Assembly (NCBI GenBank): GCA_963780225.1
Contig: CAWAAX010000009.1
Location: forward strand, 128,001 to 192,000
Direction: 5' to 3'
DNA length: 64,000 bases
Source of the DNA: an uncultured bacterium
Lineage (GTDB): Bacteria > Edwardsbacteria > AC1 > EtOH8
Below, piece by piece: positions 20,186 through 30,496 of this stretch (position 1 is the first letter of the stretch; each line of letters starts with the position of its first letter). The position numbers and the translations under genes were made by a program. The notes beneath the pieces are model-generated. The model had not been told where the DNA came from. It worked only from the letters and a program-made list of their open reading frames with translations, and made no database searches.

Positions 20186-21447
20186 GGGCGGCTTTCAGAG
20201 ATTCCGTTCAAGGCTGAAGCCAGACGGCTGGCGAGGATGCGGCGGTCGTACTTTTCGACGATACCGGGTCGCCTGAAGTACAATAGCCTATGGCTTGCCC
20301 AGCCCCGGACCAAAGAGGCGATGGCATAAGCCAGACCCTGGTGGTCATCCGGGGCAAAGACCAAACCAGCCCCGGTCTGCCGGATGATGGCCGCCGCCGC
20401 GCCGTCTTTGGGCATCGAGCCCAGGATAGGTCTTTCAGCTCCTATGTATTCGAACAATTTGCCGGGAGTGACATTGGCGGTCTCCTCCGGGCCCATCACC
20501 AGCCATAACAGGTCGGCCTCAGTAAGAACCTTGATGCTTTGCTGATGGGTAAGGTATCCGGTGAACCGGACCGTGGAATTCAGATCAAACTCTTTTACCA
20601 AGGCCAGATCGCTCTCCCGATGGCTGCCGGCAAACACGATCCTTAGCTTATCCAGGCCGGAAACGTTTTGCTCCCGTAGCAGCTTCACCGCCTCAAACAG
20701 TGTCCTGGGGCTACGATTATTGATGAAAGTGCCGGTGTAGGCAATGGTAAAATGATCCGGATCCGGTCTTGAGGCTCCGATAAAATCTTCGGGGTCGTAA
20801 CCGTGAGAGACCAGATGAAATTTAGAACCATCAACCCTGGGATGAAGGCTGCAGAGATCATCAAGTATCCGGCTATTGACCGCAGTTACCAGATCGGCGC
20901 TCTTCAAAACCAGTTCTTCCATTTTATGGTCCAATTTCCGCAGGGCGCCGGACGGATATTTGGTCCAGGTATAACTGGTCCAGGCATCACGAAAATCGGT
21001 CACCAGTGGCCGTCCCAAAAGTTTCTTCAGCAGAACTCCAGCCAGGTGCGATGAATATGGGGGCGCGGTGGAATAGATGGCGTCTATGGGGAATTGCCGG
21101 GCCACTTTCAGGCCGGCCTGCAGGGCAAAGGGGATCCAGCCTGCCTTGTTGTCCGGCACCAGCCAGCGGTTGATCCGGGAAGCAAGGGAGCTCTTTTGGA
21201 GGGCGGCCCCGGTGTGCTTGTGGGGAGACAAAAAAAGTGGGTCCAGTGAAAAAGTTCGGAAGACGGGTGCTTTAACCACTTCGGCGCAAAGGTCCGGGTC
21301 ATATACGTAGCTGCCGCGGGGGTGGGGCGCTATGACGATGGGGTTCCACCCGAACTGGGGCAGGTATTTGACGAACTTGACGGTCCGTTGAACGCCGCTT
21401 AATCCCAGGGGCGGGTAGTAGTAGCTTAATATCAGAAGATTTTTCAT
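20182..21447 (-). CDS. Glycosyltransferase family 4
   Basis: SYYYPP...GVQR, STAPPYSSH, DFRDAW, PGKLFEY. Confidence 0.9.
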   Translation of the reverse strand: MKNLLILSYYYPPLGLSGVQRTVKFVKYLPQFGWNPIVIAPHPRGSYVYDPDLCAEVVKAPVFRTFSLDPLFLSPHKHTGAALQKSSLASRINRWLVPDNKAGWIPFALQAGLKVARQFPIDAIYSTAPPYSSHLAGVLLKKLLGRPLVTDFRDAWTSYTWTKYPSGALRKLDHKMEELVLKSADLVTAVNSRILDDLCSLHPRVDGSKFHLVSHGYDPEDFIGASRPDPDHFTIAYTGTFINNRSPRTLFEAVKLLREQNVSGLDKLRIVFAGSHRESDLALVKEFDLNSTVRFTGYLTHQQSIKVLTEADLLWLVMGPEETANVTPGKLFEYIGAERPILGSMPKDGAAAAIIRQTGAGLVFAPDDHQGLAYAIASLVRGWASHRLLYFRRPGIVEKYDRRILASRLASALNGISESRP

Positions 21448-21450
21448 AGG

Positions 21451-23613
21451 TCAGCGGATGACGGCCAGTTTGCAGACGGTTTGTTTGAATCCCGGGGCGC
21501 TGATGTGGCACAGGTAAAGCCCGGAGACCAGTTTTGATTTTATATCGTTAGGGCTGATGACCAAAATATGCTCCGGCGCGGCCGGTCCGTTAAAGGTTCC
21601 CAAAAGCCGGCCGTCTATGGTGTATATGCCTACTACTGCCCGGGAAGGCAGGTTGCTGAAATAAAAATAAGGATACTGGCCCGGGCGGTAAGGATTTGGG
21701 GCTACGTTGACCGAAAGCGCCTGCCGGGGAAGTACCAGGTTGTATTTTAAAAGGCTGAGGCCTTTTTCGGTGGCAATGTAAATTCCGTCGGTTTGATCAT
21801 CGATCGGGGCGATGGCAATTTCGTTGATGTTGTCGCTTAAAAGTTTGGAGCCGTTGTTTCCCCAGTCCCGCTGAGTATAGGCCAGCACCTGGCCATCCCA
21901 GGTTATCAGGTTAAGGCCCTTATCCGTGCCGATCCATTTATTATTAGCCCGGTCGATTTTAATTGATTTGATTTTTGGGGAAAGCAGGGAATATCCCAAG
22001 GTTGATATGCTTTTGCCATCCCAATAGACCAATCCATTCTCAGTTCCGATCCATAATCCGTTTTGGTTTTGGGAACAAAGAGAAAGCACTACTGGGCTGG
22101 GCATCATTGAATTTGCGGAATTCCAGTTGCCCCAGTTATTGTCGCTGCTTTTTTTAAAAAGCCCGTTTCTGTTAGAACCCACCCACAAAGAACCGTCGGC
22201 ACCCAGAGCCAGGGTATTAGGTCTTAAGTCATCTACTGAAGGATTGGAAAAGGTTTGCCAGGTAGAGTCGCTGAAAGTAAAATGACTTACCAAATCATTT
22301 TCATCGGAATCCCAGTGCGCCAAATAAAACCCGCCTGTTTGATCCGGTAAAAAATATGCGATATACGGAGTTGGCACTCCATCTGTGAGGTGACTCCAGA
22401 CTCCCTGGTCAGAGCAGTTAAAAATACCATTACCCCAGGTTCCATACCATAAGGTGTTGGTGTAGTCAACGGATAAGGCTGAAGGATTAACTCCTAATGG
22501 GTATCCGGTATTTGCGCTGTTGAAATGTTCCCATTGACCATTGTTTAAATGATTTATGCCGAGACCAGGCAGGGCCACCCAAGGCTGTTTTTTTTGATCT
22601 ATGGTCACTCTAAAACAACTGTATCCGTTAATACAATTAAAGTGATATGGCTTCCAAACATTGTCCGGCGGTAGAACCGCCAGCCCCAATTCGGTACCGC
22701 ACCAGAGGCGGCCCAGGCCGTCAATGGTCAAGGAATAAGCATTGGTGCTTAAAAGCCCCGCTGACAGGTTGGTCCATACACTTTGGTAACTCATCCTGAT
22801 GCCCTGGTTGGTGGCGAAGTACAGGGAATCTCCTTGCTGGATTATGTCCCGGACGATCAAACCGCCTAAGCCGGGAATTGAGTCCCAAGCTGTTCCCTTC
22901 CATCGGGCTGCCCCGGCCATGGTTCCGATGATGCTGATGGTATCGGATAGAAAGATGCATTGGACATTGCGTGAACTAAGACCGAGGGCCGAATCACGCT
23001 GCCAGGCGGGAGAAGCATGGCTGATAAAATATGAAGCGGCAGCCCTGGCCAGACCTACATCAGTGGCAATCCAAATAGTATCATTCCTCTGGGCAATTGA
23101 ATTAATGGTTTGCAAATTGGGAAATACCATATTATTGGTGATTCCCGGCCAAGATTCGTAGTCATGGGAGAAAGACAACCCCTGCCTGGTTCCGGCAAAG
23201 ATGTAATCCTGATAACTGCACAGGGCGGTGACCGTGTCCGAAAGCAGGCCGTCTATGGCATTGAAAACCCGCCAGGATGACCCGGCGGAGTCCAGCCTAG
23301 CTATCCCGCCGCCGTAGGTGCCGAACCATTTGAAACCATGGCGGCCCAGGGTCACAGAGGTAAGTTCAACATTGGGAAGGCCGTTGGTGTTGTCGTATTT
23401 TTCAACCAGGGTGGTGTCCTGCCAGGAAAATAATACGGCCCCGCCGGGGGTGGAACCCCAGAGCAGGGGAGAGGTTGGATCGGCTGTAAGCCTTATTACC
23501 TGGTTGTAATTGGTATAGCTGATCCAGCTTTGGGCCGATGCCGCTGATCCCCAAAACAGAATCACCAGGACCAAGCCCGGCCAAATGCGTTTGATGGATG
23601 ATCTTTTATTCAT
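21451..23613 (-). CDS. Secreted beta-propeller protein with T9SS-type C-terminal domain (PorZ-like)
   Basis: Signal peptide, repeated W(I/F)GT.GL propeller blades, C-terminal VAPNP...IYTIDGRLL...SGLYL...KLAVIR. Confidence 0.75.
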   Translation of the reverse strand: MNKRSSIKRIWPGLVLVILFWGSAASAQSWISYTNYNQVIRLTADPTSPLLWGSTPGGAVLFSWQDTTLVEKYDNTNGLPNVELTSVTLGRHGFKWFGTYGGGIARLDSAGSSWRVFNAIDGLLSDTVTALCSYQDYIFAGTRQGLSFSHDYESWPGITNNMVFPNLQTINSIAQRNDTIWIATDVGLARAAASYFISHASPAWQRDSALGLSSRNVQCIFLSDTISIIGTMAGAARWKGTAWDSIPGLGGLIVRDIIQQGDSLYFATNQGIRMSYQSVWTNLSAGLLSTNAYSLTIDGLGRLWCGTELGLAVLPPDNVWKPYHFNCINGYSCFRVTIDQKKQPWVALPGLGINHLNNGQWEHFNSANTGYPLGVNPSALSVDYTNTLWYGTWGNGIFNCSDQGVWSHLTDGVPTPYIAYFLPDQTGGFYLAHWDSDENDLVSHFTFSDSTWQTFSNPSVDDLRPNTLALGADGSLWVGSNRNGLFKKSSDNNWGNWNSANSMMPSPVVLSLCSQNQNGLWIGTENGLVYWDGKSISTLGYSLLSPKIKSIKIDRANNKWIGTDKGLNLITWDGQVLAYTQRDWGNNGSKLLSDNINEIAIAPIDDQTDGIYIATEKGLSLLKYNLVLPRQALSVNVAPNPYRPGQYPYFYFSNLPSRAVVGIYTIDGRLLGTFNGPAAPEHILVISPNDIKSKLVSGLYLCHISAPGFKQTVCKLAVIR

Positions 23614-23748
23614 ATCTTTAGATAATAACCCAACCAGCCGGCCAAAGTCAACAATTTTATGCCGGAATGTTTTCCAATGAAAACCCCATTCACCTTTTGA
23701 AACTAAATATCTTGAAATAATATGGTTGTTATGTTAACATAAAGTTCT

Positions 23749-24933
23749 ATGGAACTACTCGATCGACAATATGATACAGTGGTCATCGGGGCCGGCCCGG
23801 CCGGCTCCCTGGCCGCCGGGACCTTGGCCGAATCCGGCCATTCAGTGTTGCTTTTAGAGAAGCATCGTGAGTCCGGAGTTCCCCTTTGCTGCGCCGAGGC
23901 CGTCAGCCTGAAGAGCCTGGAGCTGTTCTGCCGGCCTGACCCCAAATGGATAGCTGCGCCCATCAACGGGGCAGTGCTTTATTCGCCGGACGGCACCGAA
24001 GTGGCAGTGCCCTGGCCGGGTGTGGGGTACGTGCTGGAGCGCAAATTGTTCGACCGTTGGCTGACCCAAAGGGCGGCCGGGGCCGGAGCTTTTGTGCTGG
24101 TCAATGCCGAGGCGGTGGGTTTGACGGCTGATGAAAAGGGTGTCTTTACAGGGGTCAAGGTCCTGTACCGGGATCAGGTCCGCAATGTCACCTGCCGGAC
24201 CGTCATTGGGGCCGACGGGGTGGAATCCCTGACCGGAGCCTGGGCCGGACTGAACACGGCCATGAAACCGGGAGAACTGCATTCCTGCACGCAGTATCTG
24301 ATGTCCGGGATCGAAGGCCCCGCGGACATGGTACGGTTCTGGGTGGGAAAGGAGACCGCACCCGGCGGCTATTTATGGGTCTTTCCCAAGGGCGAGGGCC
24401 GGGCCAACGTGGGGCTGGGGATACTGGGCACCATGGCCGGGGGGAAAAAGCCCGGGGAATATCTGGACCAGTTCCTGATCAAACATTTTCCCCAAGCCCG
24501 GATCATCGAAACCATGTGCGGAGGCACGCCGGCGTTGGAGGAAGACCATCCCATGGTATCCAGGAACGTACTGCTGGCCGGCGATGCCGCCCGGCTGACC
24601 GATCCCCTGTCCGGGGCCGGGATCGCCATTGCCATGGCCTCGGGGCAGATGGCCGCCCGCCAAATTTCGGAATACCTGAAGACTGGAAACGAAAAAGCAC
24701 TCGGGGATTATCCCGCTCTCTGGTGGTCGGGCCTGTGGAAGGACATCAAATACCACGCCAAGGTCCGCCGGGCCTTCTTGAAACTGGAAGATGATGACAT
24801 GAACCGGATCGCCCGGCTGCTGTCCAAACTGCTGAAGGACAAGGATCCCTCAAAAATAAATCCCATCGACGTGGCCAAACAGGTGGTAAGGTCGGATCCC
24901 GGCCTGTTGCTTTTAGGAAGGCACCTGCTGTGA
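23749..24933 (+). CDS. Geranylgeranyl reductase family FAD-dependent oxidoreductase
   Basis: GAGPAG, CCAEA, RKLFD, GADG, PGGYLWVFPKG, AGDAA...PLSGAGI. Confidence 0.88.
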   Translation: MELLDRQYDTVVIGAGPAGSLAAGTLAESGHSVLLLEKHRESGVPLCCAEAVSLKSLELFCRPDPKWIAAPINGAVLYSPDGTEVAVPWPGVGYVLERKLFDRWLTQRAAGAGAFVLVNAEAVGLTADEKGVFTGVKVLYRDQVRNVTCRTVIGADGVESLTGAWAGLNTAMKPGELHSCTQYLMSGIEGPADMVRFWVGKETAPGGYLWVFPKGEGRANVGLGILGTMAGGKKPGEYLDQFLIKHFPQARIIETMCGGTPALEEDHPMVSRNVLLAGDAARLTDPLSGAGIAIAMASGQMAARQISEYLKTGNEKALGDYPALWWSGLWKDIKYHAKVRRAFLKLEDDDMNRIARLLSKLLKDKDPSKINPIDVAKQVVRSDPGLLLLGRHLL

Positions 24934-25973
24934 AAAAAATATCAGCTTTGACAGTATTCCTTTTTGCCCTTCTGCTGTGGCCTGATCCATCCTTGAAGGC
25001 GGCGGTGGGGGATGAATTTGACCTCCGGATAGACCGGGGTCTGGAGATCCTTTACCAGGGACAGTATCAGGAAGCCATAGACACCTTCGACGCTTTCATA
25101 AACCAGCATCCCAAAAACCCGGCCGGATATTTTTTCAAGGCCGGGGCTTACCAGCTCAGATCCATGGCCTACGAGACCGATGTCTGGGATGATCTTCAGC
25201 GATCCCTGTTGGACAGCTCGCTGGACCTTGCCGGCCAGGCCATCTCGCATGACAGTCGCGACGCCTGGGCCTTTTTCATCCGGGGCGGGACCTACGCCTA
25301 CCGGGCCGCCATCAAGGTCCGGTCCAAGGATTACTTTTCGGCCCTAAGCAACGGGCTGTCGGCCGTCTCCGATCTGAACAAAGCCGCCGCCTTGGATCCC
25401 CAGTTGTATGACGCATATATGGGCATAGGTTCCTTTCACTATTTCCGCACCAAGGCCACCAGCGTTCTAAAATGGCTGCCCTTCATCGGTGACAACCGGG
25501 AACAGGGCATTGCAGAGATCAAGCTGGCCATAGACAAAGGCCGTTACTCAAAGGTAATGGCCCAGAACGGCCTGGCCTGGATATACGTGGATTATGAAAA
25601 ATACCCGCTGGCCCTGGAACAGGCCCGGCAGCTGGAAAGCAGTTACCCCCAGAACCACGTATTTTTCTGGATAGCCCCGGAAGTTCACTGGCGGACCAAG
25701 CAATGGGACAAAGGTTCCGCAGGGTATGCCCGGCTTTTGAAACTTTTGGACCAGAGCCAGCCGATGAATAATTTCAACCGGGTGGTCGTAGGCAGCCGTC
25801 TGGCCAAGTGTTACTATCAACAGAAGAAATACCGGGAGGCTTTGGAGGCATCCCAAAAGGCCCTGGGACTGGCTTTGGACGAACGGTCGGCCCAGCGGCT
25901 GAAATACGAAAGAGGCCGGGCTTACGAGGTCCTTAAGCAATCCGAAAAAAGGCTTATAAAAAATGATGAGTAA
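24930..25973 (+). CDS. Exported TPR-repeat protein
   Basis: Signal peptide and multiple TPR-like helical repeats; GTG start overlaps upstream stop. Confidence 0.75.
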   Translation: MKKISALTVFLFALLLWPDPSLKAAVGDEFDLRIDRGLEILYQGQYQEAIDTFDAFINQHPKNPAGYFFKAGAYQLRSMAYETDVWDDLQRSLLDSSLDLAGQAISHDSRDAWAFFIRGGTYAYRAAIKVRSKDYFSALSNGLSAVSDLNKAAALDPQLYDAYMGIGSFHYFRTKATSVLKWLPFIGDNREQGIAEIKLAIDKGRYSKVMAQNGLAWIYVDYEKYPLALEQARQLESSYPQNHVFFWIAPEVHWRTKQWDKGSAGYARLLKLLDQSQPMNNFNRVVVGSRLAKCYYQQKKYREALEASQKALGLALDERSAQRLKYERGRAYEVLKQSEKRLIKNDE

Positions 25974-27156
25974 GCGCAAGTGGATAAAATTATCACTGGC
26001 CCTGGCGCCGGTGATTTTTTTGTGGGGCTGCGCCCCCCGTTACCTGTCGCAGAAGCCGGAGCCGGAAGTGGCGCTGATCAGGATCGCCTTGAGCCGCGGC
26101 CTTCCTCAGGCGGAGGTACAGGGCGCTGATACCGTCTATCTCAGCGATCAGGACCATAGCGCGGCCATTGTTCCCGGCCAAAGCTGGAAGCTGTCGCCTT
26201 CGTCCGGAGGGCTGATCATCCAAACCAGCCAGGGCCAGACACTGGGCCCGATCCGGGGTTTTGTCAGGATCTACTCCAGGTCGCCCTTCTTCATCAATCA
26301 ACGGGAATTCTCCGGGCCGGCCGAGGTCCGCCAGGCAGCTGACAACGGCCTGCTGCTGGTGATGGAGACCGAGCTGGAAAAATATCTTTTGGGCGTGGTC
26401 AGCGCCGAGATAGGCAGTGGCCGCCAGGAACTGGAGGCATTGAAAGCCCAGGCGGTGGCCTCGCGCAGTTACGCCCTCACCAGGATTGGGTCCTCGCCCG
26501 AGGCCGGTTATGACATCGAAGCCGGGGTGCAGCACCAGGCCTATGACGGCAGCGGGAATGCCCCGCCCCTGATTGTCAAAGCGGTGGAGGAGACCCGGGG
26601 CCAGGTTTTGACCTGCGATGGAAAAGTGATCGCAGCCAATTTCCATTCCACCTGCGGCGGCCGCACCGCCCTGCCCTCCGAGGTCTGGCAGGCTGTGGAC
26701 GAGAGGTTTCCATTCTTGAGATCGGTAAAAGACGATTACTGCAAGATCTCTCCCCGGTATTCCTGGCAGGATACGGTTACCGCCCGGGAAATGCTGGACA
26801 AGCTTTTCCCCGGCCAACCCCAGTCCAGGATCAAGAATGTAGAGATATTAGACATATCCAGATCCGGCAGGGTTCAGGCCCTGAAGATATCGGCAGATTG
26901 CGGGGACACTGTGTTGTACAAGGACAAGATCAGGTTTGGACTTTCGGCCAGCCCGGTCTTAAGCACCAGGTTCGAGCTGAAAGTGCAGCGGGATGAAGCA
27001 GGCTTCGTCTCTTTCATGATACTGGAAGGCTCGGGTTACGGACACGGGGTGGGGCTTTGCCAGTGGGGGGCCATCGGGATGGCCCGGGAGGGAAAAGGGT
27101 ACAGAAATATCTTGAAGCATTTTTACAAGGGAGTGGAAATCAAAAGGATTTTCTGA
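25963..27156 (+). CDS. SpoIID/LytB domain lipoprotein
   Basis: Lipobox LWGC; YLLGVVSAE, EALKAQAVASRSYA, FHSTCGG, GYGHGVGLCQWGA. Confidence 0.92.
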   Translation: MMSKRKWIKLSLALAPVIFLWGCAPRYLSQKPEPEVALIRIALSRGLPQAEVQGADTVYLSDQDHSAAIVPGQSWKLSPSSGGLIIQTSQGQTLGPIRGFVRIYSRSPFFINQREFSGPAEVRQAADNGLLLVMETELEKYLLGVVSAEIGSGRQELEALKAQAVASRSYALTRIGSSPEAGYDIEAGVQHQAYDGSGNAPPLIVKAVEETRGQVLTCDGKVIAANFHSTCGGRTALPSEVWQAVDERFPFLRSVKDDYCKISPRYSWQDTVTAREMLDKLFPGQPQSRIKNVEILDISRSGRVQALKISADCGDTVLYKDKIRFGLSASPVLSTRFELKVQRDEAGFVSFMILEGSGYGHGVGLCQWGAIGMAREGKGYRNILKHFYKGVEIKRIF

Positions 27157-27207
27157 TCATTGTTATGTATTGCATTTATGTGCATTTTTCGGTAAAGATT
27201 GCATTTT

Positions 27208-27237
27208 AAAACGTCTGTTTTTAAGGCGTTTTTTTTA
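27208..27237 (+). terminator. Probable intrinsic terminator
   Basis: aaaacgtct ... aggcgtttt with long T run. Confidence 0.5.
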
Positions 27238-27329
27238 TTGCATTTTAAGCAATTTTAATCTTGCAAAATAACTAAATATAGGTTAAACTTAAATTCTATA
27301 CTAAGTTAATTATCAAGGAGTTAATATAA

Positions 27330-28187
27330 ATGGACTACAAGCAAATCTTTGGTCTTAAGGACCAACCGTTCTCCAATGCTCCCGACAACCGGTTTTACTT
27401 CGACAGTCCCCAGCATTCCCGTGCCATACTTAAGCTTAACCATGCGGCGGAGATGATGAAGGGTTTGGCGGTGGTATTGGGAGACATCGGGACCGGCAAG
27501 ACCACGGTTTCCCGGCGCCTGCTGGAGATCCTTCCGGACGACCAGTACGAGACCGCCCTGCTGGTGATCGTGCATTCCGAGGTCACTCCGGGGTGGCTGA
27601 TCAGCAAGATCGCCCTGCAGATGGGGGTGGAAAAACCGGCCGATTCCAAGGCCGCTCTGGTGGGCCAGCTTTACGAGCAGCTGATGAAGATATACAACGA
27701 CGGCCGCAAGGCGGTGGTGATCATCGACGAGGCCAACATGCTCAAGAACAAGGAGATCATGGAGGAGATGCGGGGACTGCTGAACATGGAGGTCAACGGC
27801 AGCATGCTGATCACCTTCCTGCTGTTCGGGCTGCCGGACCTGGAGCAGTGCCTGGCCCTGGATCCCCCGTTGCGGGAGCGGATTGCGGTCAAGCACAAGC
27901 TGGAGCCCCTGACCTCCGAATCCACCCGGGGTTATATCCAATACCGGCTTTCGGTGGTGGACTGCAACCGGGAACTATTCACCGACTCGGCCTACGAATT
28001 CATCCATTTTTACTCCGACGGCAAACCCCGGCTGATAAACACCATCTGCGACAACGCACTGCTGGAGGCGGCCATGGCCGGCGCCCAGATAGTGGATGAG
28101 ACCCTGATAGAAACCGTGGTGGCCGACCTGGGCCTGAAAAGCGATGCCGCCGGCGCCGACACCAAAACCAAGACCCCTGTATTTTAA
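27330..28187 (+). CDS. ExeA/GspA family AAA ATPase
   Basis: FGLKDQPFSNAPD, Walker A GDIGTGKT, Walker B IIDEA, GKPRLINTICDNAL. Confidence 0.9.
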   Translation: MDYKQIFGLKDQPFSNAPDNRFYFDSPQHSRAILKLNHAAEMMKGLAVVLGDIGTGKTTVSRRLLEILPDDQYETALLVIVHSEVTPGWLISKIALQMGVEKPADSKAALVGQLYEQLMKIYNDGRKAVVIIDEANMLKNKEIMEEMRGLLNMEVNGSMLITFLLFGLPDLEQCLALDPPLRERIAVKHKLEPLTSESTRGYIQYRLSVVDCNRELFTDSAYEFIHFYSDGKPRLINTICDNALLEAAMAGAQIVDETLIETVVADLGLKSDAAGADTKTKTPVF

Positions 28188-28192
28188 GCCGT

Positions 28193-29060
28193 ATGACTAA
28201 TAATCATTCTTACGTTGATCTTCATCTGCATACCGTTGCTTCCGATGGTACCTTCACTCCGGAGTCCCTGATCCGGCACGCCTCGTCGCGGGGGCTTAAA
28301 GCCATTGCCGTCACCGATCACGACGCTTGGGAATCCATTAAACCGGCTGCCATCCTGGGCGCCAAGCTGGGAATAGAAGTGATCCCCGGAGTGGAACTGT
28401 CCACTTCCATAAACGAAACCGAGATCCATATCCTGGGTTATTTCATAGATTATCTGGACCCGGATTTTCAGAAGGAAGTACTGCGTTTCAAGCAGGCCCG
28501 GATAGAGACGGGCCCAGAAGATCGTGGAGAAGCTGGCGGTGGCCGGGGTGCGGATAGACATCAAACATGTGCTGGAGATAGCCGGCAGCGGTTCGGTGGG
28601 CCGGCCCCATGTGGCCCGGGCCCTGCTGGACGAAGGCTACGTGGGCTCCACCGACGAGGCCTTCAGCCGCTATTTGGGCTACGGCGCGCCGGCTTATGTC
28701 GCCAAAAATTTCATGTCGCCCCAGGACGCCTTTGAACTGATCCATTACGTGCGGGGCTTGTGTTTCTTTGCCCATCCGGGAATAGAGGGCCGGGACGAGC
28801 TGATAGACCAGTTCGCGGCCTGGGGCCTGGACGGGCTGGAAGTCTGGCACAGCAAGCACAGTCCGTCCCAGGTCAAGCATTACCAGGAGCTGGCCGGCAA
28901 AAAGGGGATGCTGGTCTCGGGCGGATCGGATTCCCACGGGGACCAGGACCTGGATTCCATCAAGTACAACCTGAAAGTCTCCTACGATGTGGTGGAAAAG
29001 ATGAAGGCCCGGGTCAACGGTCTGGCCACCCGCAAGTGGATGAACGAAGACGGGGAGTGA
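28193..29060 (+). CDS. PHP-domain phosphoesterase (TrpH/YciV-like; apparent +1 frameshift near 28507)
   Basis: DLHLHT..SDG, TDHD, GVELS, HILGY in one frame; GRPHVA, AHP, GGSDSHG in the next. Confidence 0.85.
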
Positions 29061-29072
29061 CCCACCAGGGCA

Positions 29073-29224
29073 GACAGGATTAACATGATTCACGGGGGTT
29101 AATACTAAAAAACCTATTTCTCGGGATAGACAGGATTAACCTGATTTACCGGGATCAATACCCGAATAAAAAATCTTGTTTCCCTGGGTCAATCCTAAAA
29201 TAAAAAAATCATGTAAATCCTGTC
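29073..29224. repeat. GACAGGATTAACATGATT-family direct/inverted repeat element
   Basis: Two direct copies (29073, 29129) plus inverted AATCATGTAAATCCTGTC ending 29224; further copies at 39822-39950 and 51971-52036. Confidence 0.8.
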
Positions 29225-29278
29225 AGAATATCCCGTAGGTTTTCCCGGCAGACCCGATTTTAATTGATGGAGGTTATT

Positions 29279-30490
29279 ATGCTGAGCGATGAATTGCTGA
29301 AACCGCTGCTGGTCTCCAACAACAAAAAAATAGTGTTGATAGTGGCCGACGGTTTGGGCGGCCTGCCCATGGAATCCGGCGGAAAGACGGAGTTGGAGAC
29401 GGCCGTTAAACCCAATATGGACGCGCTGGCCGCCAGATCCTGCCTGGGACAGACCGTGCCGATCTCGCTGGGGATCACTCCTGGTTCGGGCCCGGCTCAC
29501 CTGGCCCTATTCGGCTACGATCCAATAAAATACCAGATCGGCCGGGGAGTTTTGGAATCCTTAGGGATCGGGTTGGAGATGACGCCCAAGGACGTGGCGG
29601 CCCGGGCCAACTTTGCCACGGTCAATTCCGACGGCATCATCACCGACCGCCGGGCCGGGCGGATCCCCACCGAGAAGAACATGGAACTGTGCGCTAAGCT
29701 TCAGGCGGCCATCAAAACGATAGACAACGTGGAAATTATCATCCGCCACGGCAAGGAGCACCGTTTCGTGGTGCTGTTCCGGGGCAATAATCTCAGCGGA
29801 GAGCTGGCCGATACCGATCCCCAGCACGAGGGTCTCAAGGCATACCGAACCCGCTATTTGTGTTCCAAGGGCCGGTCCACCGCCCTGATCGTGGACAAGT
29901 TCGTGGCCATGGCCAACGAGGTGCTGAAGAACGAGAGCCCGGCCAATACCGTCTTATTACGGGGCTTCGCTAAGCACCCCGACATTCCCTCGATGTACGA
30001 CCGCTTTGGGCTCAAGACCGCGGCCATCGCCGCCTATCCTATGTACAAGGGGCTGGCCAAGCTGGTGGGCATGACCGAGCTGGAGACCGGGCCTTCCATC
30101 GAGGAGGAATTCAAGACCCTGGACCGGAACTACGACAAATTCGATTTCTTCTACATCCACGTCAAGAAGACCGACAGCTACGGCGAGGACGGAAACTTTG
30201 CGGCCAAGGTCAAGGTGATAGAGGAGCTGGACGCGGCCCTGCCCCTGGTGACCAAGCTCAATCCCGACGTGCTGGTGATCACCGGCGATCACTCCACCCC
30301 GGCCCGGCTGAAGGGACACAGCTGGCACCCCAATCCCTTCCTGCTTTATTCGCCCTATGTCCGGACCGAGGGGTTCACCGCTTTCAGCGAACAGAACTGC
30401 GCCAAGGGCAGCCTGGGCTGTTTACAGTCGGCCTCGGCCATGCCGTTAATGCTGGCTAATGCGCTGAAATTAGATAAGTTCGGGGCGTAA
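29279..30490 (+). CDS. apgM: 2,3-bisphosphoglycerate-independent phosphoglycerate mutase, archaeal type
   Basis: IVADGLGG, PGSGPAHLALFGYDP, KTDSYGEDG, TGDHSTP; GGAGG SD before ATG 29279. Confidence 0.9.
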   Translation: MLSDELLKPLLVSNNKKIVLIVADGLGGLPMESGGKTELETAVKPNMDALAARSCLGQTVPISLGITPGSGPAHLALFGYDPIKYQIGRGVLESLGIGLEMTPKDVAARANFATVNSDGIITDRRAGRIPTEKNMELCAKLQAAIKTIDNVEIIIRHGKEHRFVVLFRGNNLSGELADTDPQHEGLKAYRTRYLCSKGRSTALIVDKFVAMANEVLKNESPANTVLLRGFAKHPDIPSMYDRFGLKTAAIAAYPMYKGLAKLVGMTELETGPSIEEEFKTLDRNYDKFDFFYIHVKKTDSYGEDGNFAAKVKVIEELDAALPLVTKLNPDVLVITGDHSTPARLKGHSWHPNPFLLYSPYVRTEGFTAFSEQNCAKGSLGCLQSASAMPLMLANALKLDKFGA

Positions 30491-30496
30491 TTATTA

